A stretch of 64,000 nt of DNA from Raillietiella orientalis. Lineage: Eukaryota. Below are positions 13,300 through 24,000 of this stretch, piece by piece; position 1 is the first letter of the stretch; every line of letters begins with the position of its first letter. The notes under the pieces are model-generated. The model did no database searches. It saw only the letters and a program-made list of their open reading frames with translations, and had not been told where the DNA came from. A program made the translations under genes and the position numbers. The DNA lies in NCBI GenBank assembly GCA_036172245.1, contig JAYWIR010000022.1:2232001-2296000 (forward strand), given 5' to 3'.

Positions 13300-14640
13300 T
13301 GCAGTGTCAGCTCGTGGGGAGGGAGAAAAACCCCTTGCCGCCGAGATCGGCACTCGGTAGCGCGAGAACGCGCTTACGAGGCGGTCTCCAATGGAATGGC
13401 AGGGCGAGAGCGTCCCAAGAAAAACGCCGGGCTTCTTCAGGATGCCTGGAAAACTTCATCTTGCCCTGATGAGCGAGGGCCTTCGTCCGCACGGAGCGGG
13501 GGCGGACCCCTTCCGGGAAAAATCGGTGACCTGGAGCTTCCAACCCAGGATTGCCAGACTCAGGCTGGTAGCGGGCTTGTGTAGGGCCTCGGAGCGTGCC
13601 ATCCGGGACCCCGCCGTGCTGGCGACAGGCGATGGACACCAGCAGCAAGTCGATCGAATGAGGCACAGGTGGCGCGCTCTGGAGCAGACCATCGCCCGGG
13701 CGACCTGTGGAGCGGAACCGCGCTAGCAGCCGCCGGTGGCCCGGGAAGTCGAGCGCGCGCTGCTTCTCTTCTGGCGGGCCGGTCAGGTGCGCAGGGCGAG
13801 TGAACCCGCGTCAGAGGCCACGCGGGGGCTGGCGCAGCTCCAGGGGCGAGCCGCTTTCGTCACTCCCGGAGGAGAGGGATCCCCTCCCTCCTCCCTTCGA
13901 AGGTAGCAGAGCTGCCCTTCAGGAAAACCGTCAGCCACGCGAGCATGCCTTGCTCCTGCCTTGCGCCGACGCATGCGTGCTTTGCAGTCCCGAGCCGCTG
14001 CCTCCGGAGACGAGGGAGGCGGTTGGACCCTTGCCTGAGGGCAGAGATCTCCGCGATGGCGGCACCTGGAGAAATGTCGGGATGCGGTCTCCGGCGGCAG
14101 GCCGTCTCCTTCCTGACGTGTGGAGCTGTCGTCATCTCCACCCTCCCTGCTCTGTCTTAGCACAGCAGCCCCTCCCCTTCGGGTCTCCCCGACGACGCGC
14201 CTGTCTCGCACGAGTCCTCGAGGGCGGAGACGACGGCACCAGCCTGGGCTTCCCGGTTTCCCTTCTGGGGTCCTGAGGCGGGGGGAGCAAGGAGGCGTCG
14301 AGAGTCCTGTCCACCATCCCTCTTTGAGGCGGCCGTCTGGCAACCTCGTTTAGTATAGGGGAGCCACCAGCCCGGACGCCACGAAGAGACCCTCCTGAGA
14401 ATTCACTGCCCGGAACACCGGACGGTAAGGTGGAGGAGAGGGTGCGCCTGCCCCCGGGCTCGCGCTTGGTGGACAGGAAAGGGAGGTAGGGGAAAGAGTG
14501 CGCTGCGGTTGTCTCCAGGCTGGCTGCTGCGGCCTGCATGCCCCGGAAGCGAGCGGCCCGCAGATGGCGGGAACCATCAGGCGGGAATCCGATGGTCACG
14601 AGTTGCCACCCGTGCAGGGGAGGACGGGCGGGCAATCACT
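13300..14640 (-). mobile_element. I-group LINE RT remnant
   Basis: Minus strand in order: RGMVDRTL (~GI.G..L); GDPKG (~GVPQG); LCLIRSTCCWC...ALHKPATSLSLAIL...PCGRRPSL (~ALIRS.LDY...IH..ALRLA.GA...PL..RR..L). Confidence 0.45.
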
Positions 14641-15499
14641 CGCCCTCCGAGGTGAGAGGCCGGTCCGATCCGCAGAGGCGGACGATCCACACGGGACGCC
14701 ACTGCTCCAGCGAGCAGCAGCCGCCGTCCCGGGAGGCAGCCGGCCGGAGGCACCGGGAAGCTGCCGCACACCTCTTTTTTCCCCGGGGTTTCCCGGGGCA
14801 GCCCACGTCCTGCGGGGAGGGCGAGGGAAGGCATCGCCGGCCCCTGTGGGATTCCGTGGAGGGCTCCTCTGGTGGCGGAGGGGCAAAACCAATGGCGCAG
14901 ACCGCCGCTCTGATCTCCCTCTCCCCTGCCTTTCCTGCCTCCCCTTTCCATTCCCCCGAATCGATCCCCTCCCCCACCCAGCATGCGCAGCGCAGGGGCT
15001 GCAACTCCTCGCCACGAAGCCCCCCCTCACGAGATGTGACCCGGGGGCACGCGGCGGGAGAGGTGCTGAGCACCGTCGCGAGATAGCACTCGCGTGCGGG
15101 CTCGTTCGCGTGGGCGGAGCGTGCGGAAGCACCGTGGGAGGGGGGGGGGGATGGTGGAGAGGGGAATGGGGAGCAGCAGCGGCGGCGACAGCAGCATCTC
15201 GCAGTAGGTGCACGCGCTCGAGGCGGCGAGGGATGCCGCGAGAAGACGGGGGAAGAGAAAGGCGGGCTGGGAGAAGGGAAAGCGCGGGAGGGCGGCGGGC
15301 GATTCTCGGAAGGGTTGAGGAGGGGGCGACCCCGCAAGAGCTGGAAGAAAAGGTCCAGTAGAGATCGCGGTGCACCTCGGGGCAGAGGTAGAAGGAGGGA
15401 GGAAGGGGAGGGGCGGACAGAGGGTGAGGAAGACAGGAAGGGCGCGGTCCCTCCCGAAAGGTCGGCGCGCCAAGTGGCAGCTCCCCCTTTTCCTCTCTC

Positions 15500-17000
15500 C
15501 TTTCTCCCCTTCAGAGTTTCCTGCGCCTCCAGGCGTGCGCGTCGTCGATGCGACAATCAACCCGACGGCGGCCGCTAATCCCTCCTTAGATCCTACCCGC
15601 AAGCGGTTACCATGGCTACTGGACCGAGCCGCGGGCGCACGCGGGACTCAGTTCTTCGATGCGCGCACCGCCACCAATGCTACTCTGCCCCTTTTTCGCT
15701 CCGAGCGCCGCCTCAGCCTCGAGAGTTTCCTTCTCCTCCTCCTCCCCAATTCGGTCGCACCCGACCGCGCCCTCCCGTTCGGGAGGCATCTCCAGGCGCG
15801 GTCGATCTCGCCGGGCGCTGCCGCCGCCCGCCCGCTACAGAGCGCGCGCTGATGCCGCCGCCGACAAAAAAGAAGCGCAGACAGCTGCCGATGACGCCGC
15901 CATGCGGCTGCGACGTCACCGCGAGCCCATGCAGCGCGCCATCTTGCAGGGCGGCACCCGCGCAAGGAGACTTACCCTCCTCCCCTCACTCCCGCCTTCC
16001 AGCTTCAGGACGTGAAAGAGGAGGGCGAATGCGGCTGCGCGTCGCCGGCGGGGATCCGCGCGCCCTTCCCTGTCCTGGAGGGCCTTCTGAGTCTCCTGTC
16101 GGGAGAGAAGGGAGGGGGGGGAAGCTCCAAGTAGGAACCGTGAGGATGCAGCGCTCCCCCTCCCCCCAGGGGAGAAAGAAACGGCTCACAAGCTTCGGAG
16201 CCCTTGTTGTCTCTAATTCCTCACGTTGCCTCGCAGTGGACGGCGGAAGGGTCAACCTGCGGCGTCTCTCCATACTCGAGAAGGAGCAGCTGGGTCGCAG
16301 AGCTTCCCTCAGACTCCCTGCCTCACGGCGTCGGGAAGGGAACATTCTCTGCGAGTCCACGCGCAGGACGGCAGCATCGCAAAAGCCGAATGGGTGCAGT
16401 CGGTCGGTCCCGCCACCGCCTCCCAGCCAGAACTTGCGTTAGATGAGCAGATGACTCACGCAGCAGGTGCGCGCCCAGAGGGTGGCGACCTCTTCGAGCA
16501 GAGAAACCATCCGCACGGTGCGCGCTGAAACAGACAGGCAACCGACAGCGCTTCCGGCTGTCCCCGCAGCACCTGCCACTCCCGCTCGAGTGACGCTCGC
16601 TCGCTCGCATCGCTCTCGTACGCCTTCCTCTCGGCAGGCGAAGCGCCCCGCGGCGGGCGAGCGTGTGTTCCTCCGCAAGAAGACACGATCGGGGCACGAT
16701 CCCATCACCCCCTCCATCCCAGCCCCGCACGCCCAAAGACCTTCCTCGCCGCCGACGTCTCCGAGGAGACGCAACGCCCTTCCCTTGCGATGCAACAGCG
16801 CAACAACGCCAAGCGCGCTGCCAACGGGGGGCCCGCGACGGCGTGCACCTTCCCGACAACGCCCTGCACCCGGGGCAGGGGGCACACCAGCATCGGAGAC
16901 GGCCACGTGGAGAGCGCGTCCCCTCCTTCTCCCGCACCACCGCCTTCCCCTTCGTCCCTGCTCCTACCCTTCCCCTTCAACGGAAGCCACTCCTTCCGCG
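15500..17000 (+). mobile_element. L2 LINE ORF2 remnant running into the left inverted-repeat arm
   Basis: EFP...ATINPTAAANPSLDP (~FP...A.V.PLLKKPSLDP); SRCLAVDGGRVNLRRLSILEKEQ (~CL..I..WM..N.LKLN..KTE); SQNLR; ETIRTVR; HDPITPSIPAPHAQRP (~DHITP.L..LHWLP, inside the arm). Confidence 0.55.
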
Positions 17001-18194
17001 CACCGCTGCCTGTGTATGCCGCCCACCCACAACGCCGCCACCACGCCTCTGCTCCGCGTTTCTCCTGCCGCCCACGCTTCCGCCTCCCTCACGACCCCAC
17101 ACGACACGACTTACGCCCGCCCTCTCCCGGAACGACCCTCGTCCCGCTGCCGACAACCGCACCGGCGGCGCACGCCTCCCGGCAAGCCGCGCAGCCGCCG
17201 ATGCCACCGCCTTCTTCTGCCCACTCTCCGTCGCCCAGCCCGCAGTCGCGCCTGGACGTCCCCCAAACCTCCTGCAGCCCACACAACACGCTTGCGCTCG
17301 ACACGCCCCGACCGAGACACCACCTGCCCCTCCCTCCCTCCATGGCCCTCCCACAACGCCCTGCAGACGCTTCAGGCACGTGCCGCAGCTCGCGGGCAAC
17401 CCGCGCCCCGACAACAGCCGCCGACCCCCCTCCCCCCCCCCCCCACCTCCACTGCACCCCTGCCTGCCGCAGAGACACTGCTGCCCCCTTACCCTTCGCT
17501 CCCGACGATCACCAGCGGCCATCGACGGACGCGTGCCAGGCCGCTGCTCGCACGCCACGCTCACACCTTCGCCCACCGCCGTGCCCACGAGACCCGCTCG
17601 GTTGCGTTTGCAGGTCTCGTGCACCAGCATGGCGCAGCGCGCCTTCGCCCGCCCTCACCCTTTCCCACTCGCCACCCGCACCAGCACTTCCACCCATCCC
17701 ACCGTGCCACCAAGACCACGACCGGCGACCGCACGCAGACACGCCTTTCAGGCCTGCAACGCCTCTCTCCCTCCGAAAAGGCCCGACCAAAGGCGCCAGC
17801 GGCGACTCGCTCGAGCGCGCCACACCGTGCGACGCGGACCGTGTCGTGTCCGTGGTTGCGACCGCAGCAACGCGCCACGACACGCCGCCCATGAACTCGC
17901 GCCCGCGAGCCAGCAAGAGGCCATGCCTCCGCTGGCAGCACCGCTGGCGGCCTCTGACCTCCTCCCCTCCTTCTTCCTTGCCGGCCCGCTCACGCTAGCG
18001 CCGGCGCCCAGCACAGCCTCCGGCGAGCGCAAGGCGGCTAGCCGGGCCGCTGAGCGCGGGGGGCGGCGGTGGGGGTGCTGCGGGGGGCAGGGAGATGCTC
18101 TCGGACGTAAAAGTGTGCTGCAGGGGTGGTCTCCCGAAACGGGCGTGAACCTCGTCGGCACGACCAGCGGCAAAGTTCGCGTCGCAGAGTGAAG
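16593..18194 (+). repeat. Left arm of ~1.6 kb inverted repeat
   Basis: Reverse complement of 35446-37037. Differences found by eye: about six substitutions (near 16609, 17270, 17394, 17758-59, 17918), C13 vs C12 run, and a 9-nt indel (tcgcgtcgc, 18177-18185). Confidence 0.97.
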
Positions 18195-19599
18195 CTCTAG
18201 GGAGTCCCAGGGGAATCGCCTCCTTGCCACCCCTCCCTCCTTTGGGGAACACTGAATGCGTGGAGGGCCGCTCGCGCTGGGAGCGAAGCCTCTCTCTCTC
18301 TGCAGCGCCGGGAAGAAAGGGCAGGGAGGTCGCGCTGCTGGGATTGGAAGGGCAGGAGAAGCATCGCCAGCATGGTTTCGCACTGGAAGATGTGGACAGC
18401 GCTCGTCAGTGAAGCCGCTGGTTCCCTGCGGTCAAGTCACCCAAACTGGAAGGAAATGCACCCACTCAATGGGTTCGTTTCCTTTGCTGCCTCGTTCCCG
18501 GCGGAAGTTGCGACCGTCACGCGCCCCAGCAGACTCCCTAAGGCGGGCAACCCTGTCGCTTGCCACGGGGAAATGAGGCAGGCGACATGTGAATACGCCT
18601 GGGACCCTAAAACACCTCACCCGTATCGAAGGTCTCGTGCCTCTGACTTTGCTTGAACCGTTTCTAGCGATTTCCCAGAGCAGTCGACGCCAACTTCCTG
18701 CAAGTAAGAAAGGACGGGGGAAAAAGCATGACAACGGAAAAAAAAACTCCGGGCCTCTTTCCTTCTGGAGTATTCGTGGTCTCGACTCAGGAGTCTGGAA
18801 AATGATCTCATGCCTCTCTCCCCCTCGCGCGCTCTTCCACCACCTGTGTGGCTGAGGTCTCGCCGTGTCATGGCCATCTCTTCCGTCAGCTTCCCCTTCG
18901 TCCCATCCGTCCACGTGACGGCGTGCAAACAGGTCCCAGCCTGCGGCTCCTCTGCATTCTCGTCACTCGTCGCACTCCCGCCCCAAGTGCATCCCACTTG
19001 TTGCATCCTAAAGAGCGCCAAGTGCATGCCGGCAGACTTTCGACGTGTCCGCCATGGAAAACTCGGCAGGGTGCCACGTGATTCCTCCGGGGCTCTGCCA
19101 CTCAGCGACGGCTGCTGCTACCGGAGGAGCGAAACACTCCGTTTCCATCGTTTCCTGGTTAGCAAAGGTGCTCGCGGTGCAGCGTGGGGCAGAGGGGATC
19201 GCACAGCGGGCAGGAGGGCGTCTTCTTCCCTTTCCGACGAAAGCATCGGAATCCGCGCCAAAAGGAAACCGAAAAACAAAAGGAAAGAGCCTTAAAAGGG
19301 GGGGGGGGAGCACTCCGAAACGGAGTGGGGAAAATGAAACCCGCGAGGGGGAGAACGACAAAGATGCCACCCCCGCTCACTCGGTTCGATTGTTGCCAGT
19401 TGTCATGGATATCTCTGATAAACAAATGAAACGAGGCAGCTCGAGCGAGCCAATGGGCTGCTCCGGGCTGGCGGCTCGCAGCGAGCCGTTGTCCCTTTTT
19501 TAAATGCAGCGATTGAGCATTCTCTGTTTGCCATTTGCCGGGGAAGGGGAGAAACGTTCCCTACCCTCTAAATTCCCTGCGGCTCAGAGACTCCAATCT

Positions 19600-20600
19600 C
19601 TTGGCTCCTTCCCAGGGCCTCCCTGCAAAGTGGACCGTTTCCGGAGGATGCACCAAGGATGCTGGTCGAATTTTTCCCGGCCTTCCGAGTGCCCCAGAGA
19701 ACGTGGAAAGCAGAGGCGCGGGTTTAGTCGCGGCGCTAAGATGATCCAGGCAGCCTCGCAGGCGAAGAGGAACCGAAGCACTTGTCACGTTAGCCGGAAT
19801 GTCCCGTTCCGTCATTAGTGGGCTGAATTTCTCCCGCGGGGCGTGAATCCGCGGATGAGTGCAAATCGCTAAATTAATCGAAGCGATGCAGCATTCTGGA
19901 AGGGGACCCCGCAACGAGGTCCTTGGTCGGGGTTCGATCGGTCAGGGAAGCTGGGAGCCGTTCTGGTTTCCTCCTGGCAAGGACGCTGAGGAGTGTCGTT
20001 CGCAACCTCATCGCGGAAAAGGTGGCTTTGGCCGGAACGGGAGGGGGCGCAGAGCGCTTGTCGAGATCGCTGCTGTCCCTCACCCCCGGTACCGACCGTG
20101 ATCGAACCGGGGAATTCGTCGGCTGAGCTTTTTCTCGTCTCAGGTCTCGCGAAATCTGGAGTGCCTGGGGATGCACGCTACGGGTCCAGAACGCGACTTC
20201 GAGCCGTCGCAGGAGACGGAGCGGTCGCATCAACGGAGGAGCTGGCAGCCAAGTGTCATCCGACCCTCGTGAATGTGTTGGATCGCGTCTCCCACTCCCG
20301 AGCACGGCATCTTGGGCCGACCACGGGTCCCTCAAGTGCCCGCCGAGCGTTCTTCCGTCCCCCCGGCAAACACGGCGTGCCGGTGGCCCCGAAGGCTGAC
20401 AGCAACCGACACGTAAGCCGGAAACCGGAATTTTTCATGCTGCACTTCACCATCTGTTTCAGCACTGCGATGGCTCGCACCGATGGCCGTTTGTCTCAGC
20501 TTGCAAGTCTTGACCTCGCTTCAGGTAGGGGAGGACGCCTCTTCCTCCTCTTTGTTCGTGGAATACTGCCGGAACGCTGGAAGAACCGCGGAGGTGGGGG
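19600..20600 (+). mobile_element. Helitron-like PIF1 helicase remnant
   Basis: VDRFRRM; KLIEAMQ...SIGQG (~L..NMR...IG.G); AELFLVSGLAKSGVPGD (~EFLNSL..SG.PPH); TTGPSSARRAFFRP (~LTG...G..VFIPR); LHFTICFSTAMARTDGRLSQLASLDL (~QFPVRLAFAMTINKSQGQSL..GLDL). Confidence 0.55.
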
Positions 20601-20654
20601 CCGTCGGGCCGCCACTGCTGGCCTGCCCGTTAGCCGCCCCTTCTTCGCCGCAAT

Positions 20655-20850
20655 GGTGTTCTCCACTTTCGAGATCCACGGCGACGTGGGGGGTTTCCTG
20701 CGAGATCTCGGGTCAGCACGAAACCTCTAGGCGGCTGGACTGACCGTCATCCATCCCCCTTCCCCGCAGAGGTGTCCTCCACTTTCGAGATCCACGGCAT
20801 TTGTCAACAGGCGAGGTGGAAGCTTTCTTGCAAGATCTCTAGGCGGCTAG
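20655..20850. repeat. Imperfect tandem duplication, ~116-bp period
   Basis: ggtgt(t/c)ctccactttcgagatccacggc at 20655 and 20771; each copy is followed by ttt(cctgcg/cttgca)agatctc and ctctaggcggct. Confidence 0.85.
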
Positions 20851-22649
20851 GTCGATGCGCACCAGCTCGCCGACGGCGCAAGAGCCTCGACCCCTCCCGG
20901 AGAACATGTTCTCTGGGGTGAACTCTTCGGCTTCCCGCCGGAAGAGCTGGAAATACTCCCTCGATCGCGAACAACTCGCACCTCCACTCTCAGGTGGCAG
21001 AGCAGTCGGAGCTGCTGCTGCTGCTGCTGCAATGCGCGCCGCCACCACTGGACGAGGAGGAGCGCCAGTGCCAAGTGAGGGGAGGAGGGAGGGGAAGAGA
21101 CATTCCCCTGCCTGTTCGTGAAGTGTGCTGCCCTGCGGGCATGTTTCTTTGCGTCCCTCACTTCCCCAGAGGACGACCCACGAAGCATCTTGAGAGACCT
21201 CTTCGCGCTGAGTGCCTAGCAGCCGCCGTCTCCGTTCTGTCCACCACGCGGGAGCTTTGAGATGCCAACTGGTCACGTGGGTTCCAACCGGCGGTGGCCT
21301 CAGTGGAGGATGCACGCGGCAGGACCCGCTCTCCTCCTCCTTGCGTGTAGGGTGAACCTCTCGATGTGGTCCACGAAAGGCGCGCGTCCTGTCTCTAGGG
21401 CAGCCTCTCCGCATCCGACACACTGCACGTTACCGTCAAAAACTAATCGTCTCTTCTCCCGCGGAGGGAGAAGGACGCAGAAAAAATTTAAAAAAAGAGA
21501 GGAGGGGGGTGGGAAGGCACGGAAGAGCCGCGAAGATAAGGGAATCTTCCCGGCGTCACTATCAGGAGAGGCCTGAAGATGAGGCTGCCAAAGCCCGAAG
21601 TATTTCGGGTTCCTGAGGACTCGCGTGCACGAGTGGATCTGCGAGAGCGCAGAGGGCGATTCGCAACGCCGCAGGTGTCGCCCGGCCGTCGCGCACCCCA
21701 ACGGATAAGAAAAGCCTCCCCGCCGCCGTCCCTTTCGGACCTCGGCATCGCGGGAGAAAGCAATCGGGCTGGGGAGGGACGAAGCGGGGAAGGCGCTCGC
21801 CCATGCATATCCGGCGAGCAGTGACTGAGGTCAGCCGGCGGCGCTGGCACGCAAAACGCACCGGAGCAGCAGCAGCAAGAGCCGCCGGGTTGTAGCTGAG
21901 CCGGAAGAGGCATCCTCCACAGCAGCCGCCGCCTCCTCTATGGGTCATAGCACGGGCTCCAGACGAGCCGAGGTAACGGGTTGCAGGAGGCGGCGGTCAG
22001 CGGAAGCCTGTAGGGGCCCTTCCGCCCCCTGTTGTCTTCACACGAGTATCAGCACATCTCGCGTCCGCCTTATCTCGAGCCGTTTCGTGATCTCCATGTG
22101 GGAGGCGAGGCGCGCGGATGCGCGGAGCGTGCCGAGGAACGCGCTCGCCCGCGCGCGCACGTCTGGCGGTACGCGAGGAGGGCGTCTGAGCTGCTGCGCT
22201 CGGTAGCACCCCACCCTCCCCCGCGCGCTCGAGTACCGCGCCTTCTGCAGTACTCGAGCACATCCCGAGGGCACGAATTCCGCCGTTCCTTGCTCTGCTT
22301 TCCCCGCTGCGATGGAACGGCGCTCGCCGGCGGATTCCGCGACGGGCAGCGGACCCACCAAGGAATCCGAGCACCGTGGTCTCCATCCCCCGTGCTGAGC
22401 CCGTGATGCCGGACTCCTCGGAGGAAGTGGCTTGGCCGCGCGATCGGCGGCGGACGCGGGAGCAAAAGCTCCTCTCCTGCGGCTTCCTCGATGCCCCCTG
22501 CTCCCTTCCTTCCCAGGAGGACGGGGACGGTTTGCGGCTTCTCGAGTCCGTGCCGCCGCTTCGGGAGTGAGGGCGATTGGGAGCGGTGCGGCACGGACGC
22601 AAGGAGGCATTCCTTTGCGCGCGCGCGCTCCTGGAAGTTTCCCCGCGAC

Positions 22650-24000
22650 TCGCGGGTGCGGCGAGAGGTTCGTTAGAACTTCCGAGGGGGAAGAGCGGAG
22701 TGGGGAAGTTATCGTGCGCGCCAGGGGATGCGAGCTGGAAGGCAAGGGAAGTGCCGATCGACCCTCCGTGAACTTTTGAGAATGCCGCGGGCGTAACCAC
22801 GTGCGTGCGCATGACGACCTGCGGTTGCAAACACAGCTGGAGTGGCACTGCAGATTACCCACCCTGCACTCCAAATAGCCCGTCTCAGGAAATGGGAGAT
22901 TGGCTGCAAGAAATCTTTGGAATGCCAAAAAGGGAAGCGCCGGCAGTTCCCTGATCGAGGTGCTTCCTGCAAAAGGTTCCGATCGCGGCGATAAAGGCTG
23001 CTTTCAAACGTCAGAAGCCCCAAATGAAATCGAAGGACTTTTTTTTTTTTTTTTGCTCGTCATGATGAACCGCAATTCAGTCATTAGTCATCATCCAGTC
23101 ACCTGCCAACGGGCCAAATCTCTTCCACTGCTGGTGAAGCTTTCAAAGCGCAGGCAAGGAGATTTCTCAGGAAGAAGCGCGAACGGCGCTCCCGTAACTC
23201 TACGCGCACGTCTTTCTCTCCCTTTTCGGGAAAACGGGAAGATGCTCTCCTCAGTACAGGTGGAGGAATCCTCCTCACCTCTCAGGTTTCTCAAAGGCAG
23301 ATTGCTAATCCGATCTTAAGAAGAATTCGGTTTCACCGTCTGTTTTGGTGCTCCCGATTCTTTTTCGCTTTCCCGAGCAGCAGGGCTCCATCCTCTCTGC
23401 CTTCCCGAACCGTACGCCAGCATTCGCGTCCGAGGTCCGCTCGCACTGCCCGTAGAGACGTGAAGCACCACCACGGCGGACCGCAGGGCGACGGGCCAAA
23501 ACGCGCCCCTCCAACTTCGACAACGGCGTGGAGCGGGCCGGAGCTGCCCTCAGATGCCGACGTCTTAATTTGGAAGCGACTAATCGATGAGCCGCACGCG
23601 TTCTGCATTGTTTGATGGGTGCACGTGATCCGGTGAGTGCATTGTTTGGCGATGGTCGCGTCCAAGCCGATTGCCGTGGCAACGGCGTCCCCGTGCGCCT
23701 CGGAAAGTGTCGTTGGCGATGAGCTTGAGAGGAGAAAAGCACTGCCCCTCCCCCTCGGAGTAGCCTCCGTCCACGAAACGGGACGGGACGCGCTGAATGG
23801 ATCATTGGAGGGTATTTTATGGAACCTGAGCGCGCGCGGGGGGGGAGGAGGAACTCCTCCATCATGATCGACAAATATTCCCTCTTCATCCGCTTGAATC
23901 TTGCGCTGCCGAAACGGTTTCTTAGCAGGCATCCATCGCCGGTATGCAGAATTTGCATCCTCTAGAGGGCGGGGGGGGGGAGGTTCTCCTGCCGGCACAG
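22650..24000 (-). mobile_element. L2/CR1-group LINE RT remnant
   Basis: HKIPSNDPFSASRPVS (~KKP.LDP....YRPIS); PRQSAWTRPSPNNALT (~QSGFR..HSTETAL); PLSKLEG; HLGLLTFESSL (~NLGV.FDS.L); SALPLPSSSHPLA (~HITP.L..LHWLP), collinear on the minus strand. Confidence 0.55.

Noticed and set aside
16467..18192. Long overlapping ORFs (400-509 aa) in the left arm, mirrored at 35448-37176
   Set aside because: Open in several frames at once, Pro/Arg/Ala-rich, and frameshifted between the two arms by a 1-nt homopolymer difference. Explained by high GC and strand skew.
14500..18200. rDNA spacer-like GC-rich appearance
   Set aside because: No recognisable 18S, 5.8S, 28S or 5S sequence nearby; better explained as GC-shifted LINE fossils.
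10781..20850. CRISPR-like arrays at the two short direct duplications (10781-10960, 20655-20850)
   Set aside because: Only two diverged copies each, no repeat-spacer periodicity, no cas genes, eukaryotic context.
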